Source: Elusimicrobiales bacterium (lineage in GTDB: Bacteria > Elusimicrobiota > Elusimicrobia > Elusimicrobiales > UBA9959). From it: 64,000 bases of DNA. Location: contig JAQTZB010000012.1 of the NCBI GenBank assembly GCA_028688015.1, positions 11,268-75,267 of the forward strand, written 5' to 3'. Shown one piece after another: positions 17,780 to 26,596 of the stretch. The notes beneath the pieces are model-generated. The model searched no databases. It saw only the letters and a program-made list of their open reading frames with translations, and was not told where the DNA came from. The stretch's first letter is position 1; every line of letters starts with the position of its first letter. Both the position numbers and the translations under genes were made by a program.

Positions 17780-19044
17780 CGTGTTCCTCCGTTGTCTGGC
17801 AAAGGTTGGCTCTCCACTAAATCGGCTATGGCCACCCGGCTGGTATGCTCGGTGCGGCCCCAGAAGTCGGTGCCGCGCAGCACGCCGGCCACGAAGACGG
17901 GCAGGCGCAGCACGCCCAGCGCCGGCTGCAGGAAATAGGCGGCCACCAGGTCGGGGCTGGCGCGCTCGGCCAGCAGCGCCACGGCCGGGTACAGCAGCAG
18001 CGGCAGCAGCGACAGCAGCTTCATGGTATGTTCCATGCCAGGCAGGTTCCGGTACAGCCAGACCACCAGGTTGAAAGAGTCGCGGCTGAACCAGACCAGG
18101 CCGGCCCCGGCGCAGGCCACCGCGAAGCGGTAGGTCTGCGCGGAATAAAGGCCGCCCTCGAAGGCGCGGAAGTCGCCGCGGCTCAGCGCGCGGGCCAGCA
18201 GGCCGGGCAGGTGGCGGCGCGCCGTGTCCAGCGAGCCGCGGGTCCAGCGGATGGTGCGCGTCAGATACTGCGAAAGAGTCTCCGGCTCCTCGTCGTAGAC
18301 CACGGCGTCCCGGTTCCAGGCTATGCGCACGCCGTTGCGGATCAGGCGCATCTGCATCTCCAGGTCCTCGGTGAGGCAGGTCTCGTCCCAGGGGTGCTTG
18401 CGGGCGACGGCGGCGGTGAAGCACATGCCCTTGCCGTGCAGCGTGGCCGACAGGCCGAGCTCCTGCTTGGGCAGTTGGAAGAAGCGGTTGGACACGATGT
18501 GCCCGGCGGCCAGGATCTTGGCGAGCAGGTTGCCGGTGTTCTTGGCCAGCTGGCGGCCCTGCACCGCCTCGGCCCCCGCCTCCAGGCTGTCATTCATGGC
18601 CGCCAGGAAGCCCGGGTGCGCCAGCGAATCGGCGTCGAAATAGCAGAGGGCGTCGTACTCGCCCCAGTCGAAAACTTTTTCCGTGGCCCACTTCAGGGCG
18701 CGGCCCTTGCCGGCTTTCATGCCCGGGCCGGAATGGTCCAGGATTATCGCACCGGCTCCGGCGGCCACCTTCATGGTGTCGTCCGTGCAGTGGTCCGCCA
18801 CCACGAAAATGCTGTAGAGCTCGCGCGGGTAGTCCAAGCGCGCGAGGCTTTCCACGGCGAGCCCCACCACGCCTTCCTCGTTGTGCGCCGGCAGCAGCAG
18901 CGCAAAGCGGCGGCGCCGGACCGCCGGCGCGGGGGCGCGGCCGCGCCATAGCCCGCGAAAACTGAGGAAAAGGTAGAACAGCCCGGAGGCGAACAGGAAG
19001 ACCTGCGCCAGGTTGGAGAGGACCGTTATTATCAATTTCCCCAT
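17776..19044 (-). CDS. Family 2 glycosyltransferase, membrane-embedded processive synthase-like.
   Basis: LLLPAHNEE, FDADS and the RTIRWTRG (QxxRW-like) motif, with N- and C-terminal TM segments. Confidence 0.8.
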   Translation of the reverse strand: MGKLIITVLSNLAQVFLFASGLFYLFLSFRGLWRGRAPAPAVRRRRFALLLPAHNEEGVVGLAVESLARLDYPRELYSIFVVADHCTDDTMKVAAGAGAIILDHSGPGMKAGKGRALKWATEKVFDWGEYDALCYFDADSLAHPGFLAAMNDSLEAGAEAVQGRQLAKNTGNLLAKILAAGHIVSNRFFQLPKQELGLSATLHGKGMCFTAAVARKHPWDETCLTEDLEMQMRLIRNGVRIAWNRDAVVYDEEPETLSQYLTRTIRWTRGSLDTARRHLPGLLARALSRGDFRAFEGGLYSAQTYRFAVACAGAGLVWFSRDSFNLVVWLYRNLPGMEHTMKLLSLLPLLLYPAVALLAERASPDLVAAYFLQPALGVLRLPVFVAGVLRGTDFWGRTEHTSRVAIADLVESQPLPDNGGTR

Positions 19045-19121
19045 AGCAATCCTGCCGGCGCGGCGCGCCGGCTATGGATATCGTTAATAATACCAACTGG
19101 AGCGGCGGAAAGCAAGGGCTG

Positions 19122-19150
19122 TTGACACCCGGCTTTTTCGGTGTTATATT
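19122..19150 (+). promoter_or_regulatory. Sigma70-like promoter TTGACA-17 nt-TATATT.
   Basis: ttgaca at 19122-19127 and tatatt at 19145-19150. The -10 abuts the first ATG of the downstream ORF. Confidence 0.45.
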
Positions 19151-20068
19151 ATGGACATGGACGGCGACGAAAAAAAGTCCGGCTGGAAGATCTGGGTCTA
19201 CCTGACCCCGGTCTATATCCTCATAGCCATACCGCTGGTCAAGTGGACCATGAAGATAAATTCCAGCGACGTGGGCCTTTCCAAGGAAGAAGTCAACGTC
19301 TTCAATACCGACGAGGGCGAAGTGAAGCGCCGCAAAGCCCTGGAGGGCTACGACCCGAACCTGACCGACAGCGGGTACAACGTGCGCTACCGCGCCGACG
19401 GCAAGGCCGAAGGCAGCCTGGCGGGCGACGGCCCCTCAAAGGAGGCGGCCGAGCGCGTCTACAAGCAGGCGGCGGCGCGCCAGCAGCGCCCGGCCGGAGA
19501 CGGGGAAGGCGGCGGCGCCCGGCAGGGCTCCGGCGACTCCCGCTTCCAGGCCAACCCCAACCAGGCGGCGCTCAACTCCAACGATACCCGCGCCAAGGAG
19601 GCCATGGGCGTGGGCTATCAGAAGGGCTACCTCAGTTCCGCCGTGGGCAAGGTGGTGGGCAGCCCCAAGGCCGTGGGCGCGCTGCTTAACAACAAATACA
19701 TCGTGGACGGGTTCATGTCCCGCGGCACGGTAAAGGCGGCCACCGGCAGCAAGGAAGGTCTGGCCAACTACCTCAAGGGCAGCGGCCCGTCTAATTTCCT
19801 GAACAATCCCGTGGTTAAAGCGGCCCTGAACAACCCGGCGGTGGTCAGCGCCGTGGCGGGCAGCGGCATGGTCGCGGCCATGATGAACACCCCCGCTGCG
19901 CAGGAACTGATGAAGGACCCGCAGGCCCTGGCCGATATCGTCAACAACAACCCGCAGCTCATGCAGCTGGCGATGCAGAACCCGCAGCTCCTCTCTTCCC
20001 TGATGGCCAACCCGGACGTGGCCTCGCAGGTGGGGAAGTTCGATACCAGCAAGATCCGCAGCTACTGA
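19151..20068 (+). CDS. Membrane-anchored hypothetical protein with a C-terminal STI1/ubiquilin-like NPxL repeat region.
   Basis: One TM segment (WKIWVYLTPVYILIAIPLV). C-terminus MMNTPAAQELMKDPQALADIVNNNPQLMQLAMQNPQLLSSLMANPDVASQV. Alternative start at ATG 19157. Confidence 0.55.
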   Translation: MDMDGDEKKSGWKIWVYLTPVYILIAIPLVKWTMKINSSDVGLSKEEVNVFNTDEGEVKRRKALEGYDPNLTDSGYNVRYRADGKAEGSLAGDGPSKEAAERVYKQAAARQQRPAGDGEGGGARQGSGDSRFQANPNQAALNSNDTRAKEAMGVGYQKGYLSSAVGKVVGSPKAVGALLNNKYIVDGFMSRGTVKAATGSKEGLANYLKGSGPSNFLNNPVVKAALNNPAVVSAVAGSGMVAAMMNTPAAQELMKDPQALADIVNNNPQLMQLAMQNPQLLSSLMANPDVASQVGKFDTSKIRSY

Positions 20069-20099
20069 CCGGCGCTAACGCTCCCCTCCAAAATTGCAG

Positions 20100-20129
20100 T
20101 TGACAAAAATCAGCCAAAAGTCCTATATT
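20100..20129 (+). promoter_or_regulatory. Sigma70-like promoter TTGACA-18 nt-TATATT.
   Basis: ttgaca at 20100-20105 and tatatt at 20124-20129. A GGAGG ribosome-binding site lies before ATG 20174. Confidence 0.45.
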
Positions 20130-20173
20130 GGGCATAGGTCTTTTGGTACCCCTGTTGCTACCCGGAGGATTGC

Positions 20174-21370
20174 ATGAAAAAAATAGTACTGTCCGTAGCC
20201 GCCCTGGTGCTGGCTGCCACCGCGAGCGCCCAGGCCTCGCAGAAGATAATCTCCTTCGACCCCGCCTACAAGGGCGCGATCGACAAAAGCATAACGGCCA
20301 TCGGCGGGCAGGTCACCCGCAAGTTCAGGCTGATAGATTCGCTGGTCGCGGTCTTCCCCGACGACCTCAAGGACGCCTCCATTTACTCGCTGCCCGGGGT
20401 GACCGACGTGGCCGAAGACAGCTATATAAAGTGGATAGAGGAAGCTGCGGCCCCGCAGCTGCCCTCCATGGAAACCGTGCTCGGCATGGTGCGCACCGGC
20501 GAAGGCTGGGAGGCACCCTCGTTCGCCGAGATCCGCGCCGAAGTGGACCCCGCCGAGAAGGAGATCCCCTGGGGCGTCAAGCGCGTTAACGCCGCGGCCG
20601 CCTGGGACTACACCGCCGGCAAGGGCGTGAAAGTGGCCGTCATAGACACCGGTGTGGACTACACCCACCCCGACCTGGCCCCGAATTACAAGGGCGGCTA
20701 TAACGCCATCATCACCACCGCCACCCCGATGGACGACCACGGCCACGGCACGCACGTGTCCGGCTCGGTCGCCGCCGTGAAGGACCTCAAGGGCGTCGTG
20801 GGCGTGGCCCCCGAGGCCGAGCTCTACGGCGTTAAGGTGCTCGACAAGCGCGGTTCCGGCCAGTACTCCTGGATCGTCTCCGGCATCGAATGGGCCGTGC
20901 TCAACGGCATGCAGGTCATCAATATGAGCCTCGGCGGCGGCTCCGGCACGGAGGCCCTCAAGCAGGTCATGATCAAGGCGCACGAGGCCGGCATAGCCAT
21001 AGTCTGCGCGGCCGGCAACGATTCCGGCCCCGTGAACTACCCGGCCAAGTACCCGCAGGCCATCGCCATCTCGGCCTCCGACTCGGCCGACAGGCTGGCC
21101 TCCTTCTCCTCGCGCGGCGCGGAAATCGTGGTCATCGCCCCCGGCGTCAACATCTACTCCACCCGCAAGGGCGGCGGCTACACGACGATGTCCGGCACCT
21201 CGATGGCCAGCCCCCACGCGGCCGGCCTGGCCGTCCTCGCCGTCGGCGCGGGCGCGCAGGGCGCGGAGGCGGTGCGCTCGGCCCTGAAGGCCGCGGCCAC
21301 CCCGCTGCCCAACCTGAAGCCCACAGACCAGGGCGCGGGCATGGTGGATTCGTTCAAACTGGTCCGCTAA
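20174..21370 (+). CDS. Secreted subtilisin-like serine protease (S8) with an N-terminal propeptide.
   Basis: Signal peptide. Catalytic triad contexts VAVIDTGVD, HGHGTHVSG and GTSMASPHAAG. Confidence 0.9.
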   Translation: MKKIVLSVAALVLAATASAQASQKIISFDPAYKGAIDKSITAIGGQVTRKFRLIDSLVAVFPDDLKDASIYSLPGVTDVAEDSYIKWIEEAAAPQLPSMETVLGMVRTGEGWEAPSFAEIRAEVDPAEKEIPWGVKRVNAAAAWDYTAGKGVKVAVIDTGVDYTHPDLAPNYKGGYNAIITTATPMDDHGHGTHVSGSVAAVKDLKGVVGVAPEAELYGVKVLDKRGSGQYSWIVSGIEWAVLNGMQVINMSLGGGSGTEALKQVMIKAHEAGIAIVCAAGNDSGPVNYPAKYPQAIAISASDSADRLASFSSRGAEIVVIAPGVNIYSTRKGGGYTTMSGTSMASPHAAGLAVLAVGAGAQGAEAVRSALKAAATPLPNLKPTDQGAGMVDSFKLVR

Positions 21371-21384
21371 GGACCGGCCGAAGC

Positions 21385-21419
21385 AAAAAAGCCCCGCGGC
21401 CGGAACCGCGGGGCTTTTT
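21385..21419 (+). terminator. Intrinsic terminator (A-tract, 9-bp GC stem, T-tract).
   Basis: aaaaaa gccccgcgg ccggaa ccgcggggc ttttt. Confidence 0.6.
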
Positions 21420-21445
21420 CATGTCCCGGCTGGAAGCGCAAAGAA

Positions 21446-21469
21446 AAGGCCCCGCGGGTGCGGGGCCTT
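21446..21469 (-). terminator. Intrinsic terminator for the minus-strand ECF operon.
   Basis: aaggccccgc gggt gcggggcctt, followed on the minus strand by a T-rich run. Confidence 0.55.
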
Positions 21470-21493
21470 TCTTGCCGGCTGCTGCGCTGGGTT

Positions 21494-22273
21494 TTACCAG
21501 CCGTAACCTTCGCCGGTCAGCTGCTCCAGGCGCTGGTCCACGATCTTGCCCTTGTTGGCCTTGCGGCTCTCGAGCTTCTTCTTGAGGTTGCCGATCTCGC
21601 CCTCCATGCGCTTCACGCGCAGTTCCTGACCCTTGCTCTTGAGGTCGAACAGCTCGCTCAGCACGGTCTTGAGCCTGTCTTTGATGGCCTTCTTCTCGGA
21701 GTCGGAGGCCTTGTTGTACTTCATCGACAGTTCCTTGCTCTCGAATTCGAGCGCAAGCCCGCGGACGGCGTCCTTCTCCAGGCTTTCATCGCCCTCCATC
21801 TTTGCGCCCATGAACATCTTGCCGGCCATCTGCAGGAGCATTTTGTACTTGGCCGGGGCGACCTCGCGGAAGTCCTCCACCTTTTTGGCGAAAGCCGGGT
21901 CGTGCTTCTTGATGATGGCGAGGGTTTTCTCCTCGCCCATGAAGCCGCCGCCCTGCATCTTGCGCACCCTTACCTGCATCTCCATAGGGCCGCCGCCGTC
22001 CTCGCCCTGCTCCGTCCACATCATGCGCTTCTGCTTCATCTGCTTCTGCATGCCTGGACCCATCCTGCCCTGGCCCATCTGGCCGCCCTGGCCCATTTGC
22101 CCGCGCGGGCCCATGCCGGGGCCGCCGCCGGGACCCATCTGGCCGCCGGGAGCGTCGTCATTCATCTCTATTTCGTCCTCATCGTCCGGTCCGGGACCTT
22201 CCTGGGCCGCGCCGAAGACCGGCGCCGAAACCAGCGCCAGCGCCATTATCCAGAACATAAACCTCTTATTCAT
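21494..22273 (-). CDS. Secreted Met/Gly/Gln-rich protein with a coiled-coil C-terminal half (hypothetical).
   Basis: Signal peptide MNKRFMFWIMALALVSAPVFG. Contains GGQMGPGGGPGMGPRGQMGQGGQMGQGRMGPGMQKQMKQKRMM. It is the third gene of the ECF sigma operon. Confidence 0.55.
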   Translation of the reverse strand: MNKRFMFWIMALALVSAPVFGAAQEGPGPDDEDEIEMNDDAPGGQMGPGGGPGMGPRGQMGQGGQMGQGRMGPGMQKQMKQKRMMWTEQGEDGGGPMEMQVRVRKMQGGGFMGEEKTLAIIKKHDPAFAKKVEDFREVAPAKYKMLLQMAGKMFMGAKMEGDESLEKDAVRGLALEFESKELSMKYNKASDSEKKAIKDRLKTVLSELFDLKSKGQELRVKRMEGEIGNLKKKLESRKANKGKIVDQRLEQLTGEGYGW

Positions 22274-22291
22274 ACTGCCTCCTTAAGTTCG

Positions 22292-22771
22292 CTAAGCGTT
22301 CTCACCCGCACTGAAATTCTCGTCCTCCAGGGAGCTGTACTCGTATTCCCAGTCCCCGGAAGAGGCGTTCAGATACGACTGCTCCTGGTAGACCGAATAT
22401 TCCACCGAGTCCAGGCCGGCGTCCACGCCGCTGTTCCAGGCCAGATCGGCCGAGGCCCCGCGGCCGGAAAAAGCGAAGACGAAGGCCATTGCCGAGGCCA
22501 GCGCGCCCGACAGCAGCGCCTCGCCCCAGCTGAAGGAGGGAGCGCGGCGCCCGGCGACGGCGGCCCGGGCCGCGCGCATGACATTGGCCATGGCGAAAGC
22601 CGGGGGCTCCTCCGCCCGGGCCGAAAGCGAGGCTCCGGCTGCCCTGAGGGCGGCCAGGTCGGCGCGGCAGGAAGGGCAGCCGGGCAGGTGGCTCTCCACC
22701 TCGCCCTTCAGCCCTGCGCCGGCTTCGCCGTACAGGTAAAGGATTATTTTCTCTCCGTAACCGCAGTTCAT
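22292..22771 (-). CDS. Anti-sigma factor (zf-HC2 type) with one TM segment.
   Basis: HLPGCPSC (HxxxCxxC) near the N-terminus and a hydrophobic segment LLSGALASAMAFVFAF. It directly follows the ECF sigma gene. Confidence 0.7.
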   Translation of the reverse strand: MNCGYGEKIILYLYGEAGAGLKGEVESHLPGCPSCRADLAALRAAGASLSARAEEPPAFAMANVMRAARAAVAGRRAPSFSWGEALLSGALASAMAFVFAFSGRGASADLAWNSGVDAGLDSVEYSVYQEQSYLNASSGDWEYEYSSLEDENFSAGENA

Positions 22772-22810
22772 AAAATAGCTCCTATGGATACAACGCGCCC
22801 GGCCGCCGTT

Positions 22811-23383
22811 TTATTGCAGGTCCTTTTCAAGCTTCTTGCGCAGTTGGGCGGCCGCCCGGCTCATGCGGGCGAGCACGGTGCCGATAGGCACCTTGAGCAG
22901 CTCCGCCACTTCCTTAAAAGAAAGCCCGGAATAGTGCCGGAGGAAGAAAACCTCGCGCTGCTCTTCCGAAAGCGAGGCCAGCGCCGCATCTATGCGGGCC
23001 CCCAGCGCCTTGCCGTAGAAAGCCTCGGCCGGCCCGGGCTCGGCGGAGGCCAGGAAATCCGCCGGGCCGGGGGTATAGCCGTCTCCCTCCAGCGGGACTT
23101 CCCCGCGGGACCCCTCCCGCCTGAAGAAGTCCATCGCCGCGTTGCGGGCCACGGTGAACAGCCAGGCCTTGAATTTCTCCCGCTCGTCATAGGCGCCGGG
23201 GTTCTTTACCAGTTTGAGGAAAACTTCCTGGAACAGGTCCTCGGCCGCGTCGCGGCGGCCCGTCAGGCGCAGCAGGTAGCCGAACACGGCGGCCTGGTGC
23301 CGCTCCATCAGCAGCCCCAGCGCGCCGGCATCGCCGGCCCTGAAGGCGGCGACCAGTTCTGAATCGGTAAGTTCTTCGGCCAT
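22811..23383 (-). CDS. ECF-type RNA polymerase sigma-70 factor.
   Basis: Region 2 (EDLFQEVFLKL...FKAWLFTVARNAAMDFFRR) and region 4 (LSEEQREVFFLRHYSGLSFKEVAELLKVPIGTVLARMSRA). Confidence 0.9.
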   Translation of the reverse strand: MAEELTDSELVAAFRAGDAGALGLLMERHQAAVFGYLLRLTGRRDAAEDLFQEVFLKLVKNPGAYDEREKFKAWLFTVARNAAMDFFRREGSRGEVPLEGDGYTPGPADFLASAEPGPAEAFYGKALGARIDAALASLSEEQREVFFLRHYSGLSFKEVAELLKVPIGTVLARMSRAAAQLRKKLEKDLQ

Positions 23384-23469
23384 TTAGTAGGCTGCTTATG
23401 CAACGCGCGCGGGGCGCGTTTTATTACGCCCCTGCCGGGCTTTCCAAATAATTTATAATTATCAAAGCC

Positions 23470-25530
23470 GTGCGCAACTATATTATTCTTTTCTGCCTCC
23501 TATTTCAATCCCGGCCAGCCGCCGCCTCCCCGGACGCGTACGGCCTGTACCTGAAAGGCGAGCTGCAGCAGGCGGCCTCGGCTTATTTCGCGCTGGCCGA
23601 GGTGAGCCCCGCCGAGGCGCGGCCGCTGCTTAACGCCGCGATGTGCCTGCGCCAGGCCGGCCGCTACTACGAGGCCGCCGGCGCCCTGGTGCGCGCGCTG
23701 GAGCGCGACCCGCACAATCCCGACATCTACTCGGAGCTGGGCTGGCTGCGCTTCCACCAGGCCGACTTCGACGGGGCGCGCTCGGCCTTCGAGACGGCCA
23801 TCCGCATCCAGGCCCTGCACGCCAGGGCCGAACTGGGCCTGGCCAGCGTCTATTCCAACCTGGAAGACAAAGAAAAGACGCTGGCCCACCTGGAAAAGTA
23901 CCGCCAGCTGCGCCCCGACTTCTCCGGAGTGGATTATATCCTGGCGTGGAACTACATGAATTTCAAGATGCACAAGGAAGCCGAGGCGGCGCTGATCGAG
24001 GCGCTGCGCAAGGACCCCTCCTTCACCGAGGCGCGGCTGCCGCTGGCCGGCATCTACGCGCGGCAGGGCAAGTTCGACGAGGCGTGGAACCAGTATTACC
24101 GCGTGCTCGACTACGCGCCGGGCCACCCGGTGGCGTCGAGCATGATGAAGGTGCTGGAGGGCAAGCTGACCAGGCAGCCCGAGGACATCCGCCCGCCCTT
24201 CCGCGTGGCCAAGCCTACCGTGATGGAGAAGATAGACGCGCTGGCCAGCCTCTCCTCGTCGGTACGCATCCGGGTGGGCATCGGCACCGGCAATACCGGC
24301 AAGCAGGGGCGCAACAACCTGCTGCGCCTCAAATCCTTTGAAGGGCTGACCGTCACCGGCAAGGCCAGCGGCAAGGTCTTCGCCAATATTCCGCCGGACG
24401 AATCCTGGACCGCCGTGCTGGAGGACGGCAAGGTGGCGCTGAAGGCCCCCGACGGCACGGTCTACGGCCGCTTTACCGGAGCCATCCTGGTAAAGCCGGC
24501 CAAAGCCGGCGGCTCGGTCATCTTCGACGCCACCTCCAAGACCCGCAACCCGTGGTTCAGCGGCGCCGACCGCCAGTACCGCGGCTACATAGAGCTCTAC
24601 CCCAACGGCTCGCGGGGCATAGGCGTGGTCAACGTGGTGGAGAGCGAGCTGTACCTGCTGGGCGTGGTGCCCAGCGAGGTGGCGCCGCAATGGCCCTATG
24701 AGTCGCTGAAGGCCCAGGCCGTGATAGCTCGCACGCAGGTGCTGATCCGCCGGGCTCGCGGCGGCCAGCACAAGGCGGACGGCTACCACCTCTGCGACGG
24801 GCAGCACTGCCAGGCCTATAAGGGCAAGTCCAATGAGGCCAACAGCACCACCCGGGCAGTGGTGGACACCGAGGGCGAGATCCTAATCTACCACGGCCGG
24901 CCCGCCTACACCTTCTATCATTCCAACTGCGGCGGCTGGATCCAGGCCTCCAAAGAGGTCACCGGCTGGGGCGACTCGCCCTACCTGGTGACCAAGCCCG
25001 ACGGGCATCCGGACAAGGAGGAGAAGCCCCTGGACCCTTGGGACTGGCACCTTTGGATCACCGGCAACCCGCAGGCCAACTGCAACTATCCCGGCCGCGT
25101 GCGCGCGTCGGAATTCCGCTGGATGAAGATCATCCGCCACAAGGACATGACCTTCCGCATCAACCGGGACTACAAGATAGGGGAGCTGGTGGACATCGTG
25201 CCGCTGCGCCGCGCCCCTTCGGGCAACGTCAACACGCTGAAGCTGGTGGGCCGCAAGAAAACCGTGACGGTGACCAAGGAGCACCTCATCCGCAACCTGC
25301 TGGGGTTCAGCTCGCTCAAGAGCACGCTGTTCGACATAGAGATAAACCGCTTCAAGAACGGCCGCGTGCGCAACTACTGGATCTACGGCGGCGGCTGGGG
25401 CCACGCCATCGGCCTGTGCCAGAGCGGCGCCGCCGGCCTGGCCGGCAAGTACGACAAGAGCTACCGGGAGATCCTGGAGTTTTACTTCCCCGGCACCAGC
25501 CTGCGCCGCATCAAATACGTCAAGAAATAG
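23470..25530 (+). CDS. TPR-repeat protein fused to a SpoIID/LytB domain.
   Basis: N-terminal TPR-like repeats. The C-terminal half has YLLGVVPSEV...LKAQAVIART, HLCDGQHCQAYKG, FYHSNCGG and GHAIGLCQSGAAGLA, which are characteristic of SpoIID. GTG start. Confidence 0.8.
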   Translation: MRNYIILFCLLFQSRPAAASPDAYGLYLKGELQQAASAYFALAEVSPAEARPLLNAAMCLRQAGRYYEAAGALVRALERDPHNPDIYSELGWLRFHQADFDGARSAFETAIRIQALHARAELGLASVYSNLEDKEKTLAHLEKYRQLRPDFSGVDYILAWNYMNFKMHKEAEAALIEALRKDPSFTEARLPLAGIYARQGKFDEAWNQYYRVLDYAPGHPVASSMMKVLEGKLTRQPEDIRPPFRVAKPTVMEKIDALASLSSSVRIRVGIGTGNTGKQGRNNLLRLKSFEGLTVTGKASGKVFANIPPDESWTAVLEDGKVALKAPDGTVYGRFTGAILVKPAKAGGSVIFDATSKTRNPWFSGADRQYRGYIELYPNGSRGIGVVNVVESELYLLGVVPSEVAPQWPYESLKAQAVIARTQVLIRRARGGQHKADGYHLCDGQHCQAYKGKSNEANSTTRAVVDTEGEILIYHGRPAYTFYHSNCGGWIQASKEVTGWGDSPYLVTKPDGHPDKEEKPLDPWDWHLWITGNPQANCNYPGRVRASEFRWMKIIRHKDMTFRINRDYKIGELVDIVPLRRAPSGNVNTLKLVGRKKTVTVTKEHLIRNLLGFSSLKSTLFDIEINRFKNGRVRNYWIYGGGWGHAIGLCQSGAAGLAGKYDKSYREILEFYFPGTSLRRIKYVKK

Positions 25531-25548
25531 CGCCGCCCGGAGAAACAA

Positions 25549-25580
25549 GAAGGCCCCGCGGGTGCGGGGCCTTCTTTTCG
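25549..25580 (+). terminator. Intrinsic terminator between convergent genes.
   Basis: gaaggccccgc gggt gcggggccttc ttttcgcttt. The 24-nt core is identical to the hairpin at 21446-21469. Confidence 0.6.
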
Positions 25581-25596
25581 CTTTAAGGCGCCGGGC

Positions 25597-26595
25597 TTAT
25601 TTTATCTCCCAGGCGTCGGGGCCCGAAAGCAGGGTTTCCAATTCGTGCTCCTTCGTGTCGCCCACGTGCCTGACCTGGTCGTAATACAACTGTTCGAAGG
25701 ACGGCTTGTCCGTGGAGCGGAAGACGCCCACCGGCACCGGCAGCTGCGGCTGGGCGAAGCCGCTTATCAGGTAGGCCATCTCGGCGTTGGTCTCGTCGTA
25801 GACGGCTACCTCGGCGGGCACCTGGCCGGGCTCGAAAGAGACGACCTCGGCCTTGAAGCCGCGGAAAATTATTCCCTTGTCCTTCTTCGCCCCGAACACC
25901 AGGGGCTTGCCGTGCTCCACGCGCAGCAGCACGTCGTCGCGCGTGGCCGGGTCCTTGAGCGGGTCGAATTCCTTGTCCGAGAACGGCACGCATTTCTGGA
26001 AGATCTCCACGAAGGTGGTGCCGTTGTGGCGGGCGGCGCGCTCGAGGATGGCCGTCGTACCGGCGATATCGTTGTCGATGCCGCGCGCCACGAAGGTGCA
26101 GTCCAGCCCCACGGCGAAGCGGGCCGGGTTGAACGGATAGTCTATCGAGCCGGCGGGCGTGCTCTTGGTTTTGGTGCCGGGCTGGGTGGTGGGCGAGGCC
26201 TGCCCCTTGGTGAGCGCGTAGATGCGGTTATTGAACAGCACTATCTTGAGGCCGATGTTGCGGCGGATGGCGTGCATCATGTGGTTGCCGCCGATGGAGA
26301 GGCCGTCTCCGTCGCCGGTGATCACCCAGACCGCCAGCTCCGGGTTGGCCAGTTTCACTCCGGAGGCCACCGCGGCCGCGCGGCCGTGGATAGAGTGGAA
26401 GCCGTAGGTATTGACGTAGTACGGGAAGCGGCTGGAGCAGCCTATGCCGGAGATGACGGCGTACTTCTCATGCGGCAGGCCCATGCCGGCGAAGACCTTC
26501 TGCATCATGTTGAGGATCGCGAAGTCGCCGCAGCCGGGGCACCACTTCACGGGCAGGTTGGAGGAAAAATCCTTGGCGGTCAGTTTTTGTTCCAT
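25597..26595 (-). CDS. korB: 2-oxoglutarate (2-oxoacid):ferredoxin oxidoreductase, beta (TPP-binding) subunit.
   Basis: WCPGCGDFAIL, GIGCSSRFPYY and GDGDGLSIGGNH motifs. Confidence 0.85.
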   Translation of the reverse strand: MEQKLTAKDFSSNLPVKWCPGCGDFAILNMMQKVFAGMGLPHEKYAVISGIGCSSRFPYYVNTYGFHSIHGRAAAVASGVKLANPELAVWVITGDGDGLSIGGNHMMHAIRRNIGLKIVLFNNRIYALTKGQASPTTQPGTKTKSTPAGSIDYPFNPARFAVGLDCTFVARGIDNDIAGTTAILERAARHNGTTFVEIFQKCVPFSDKEFDPLKDPATRDDVLLRVEHGKPLVFGAKKDKGIIFRGFKAEVVSFEPGQVPAEVAVYDETNAEMAYLISGFAQPQLPVPVGVFRSTDKPSFEQLYYDQVRHVGDTKEHELETLLSGPDAWEIK

Positions 26596-26596
26596 A

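Noticed and set aside
17780-18424. N-terminal 215 aa of ORF 17060..18424.
   Set aside because: It lies out of frame over the GT2 gene and is Pro/Arg-rich. The internal Met at 17779 gives a clean signal peptide and a 4-nt overlap with the GT2 stop.
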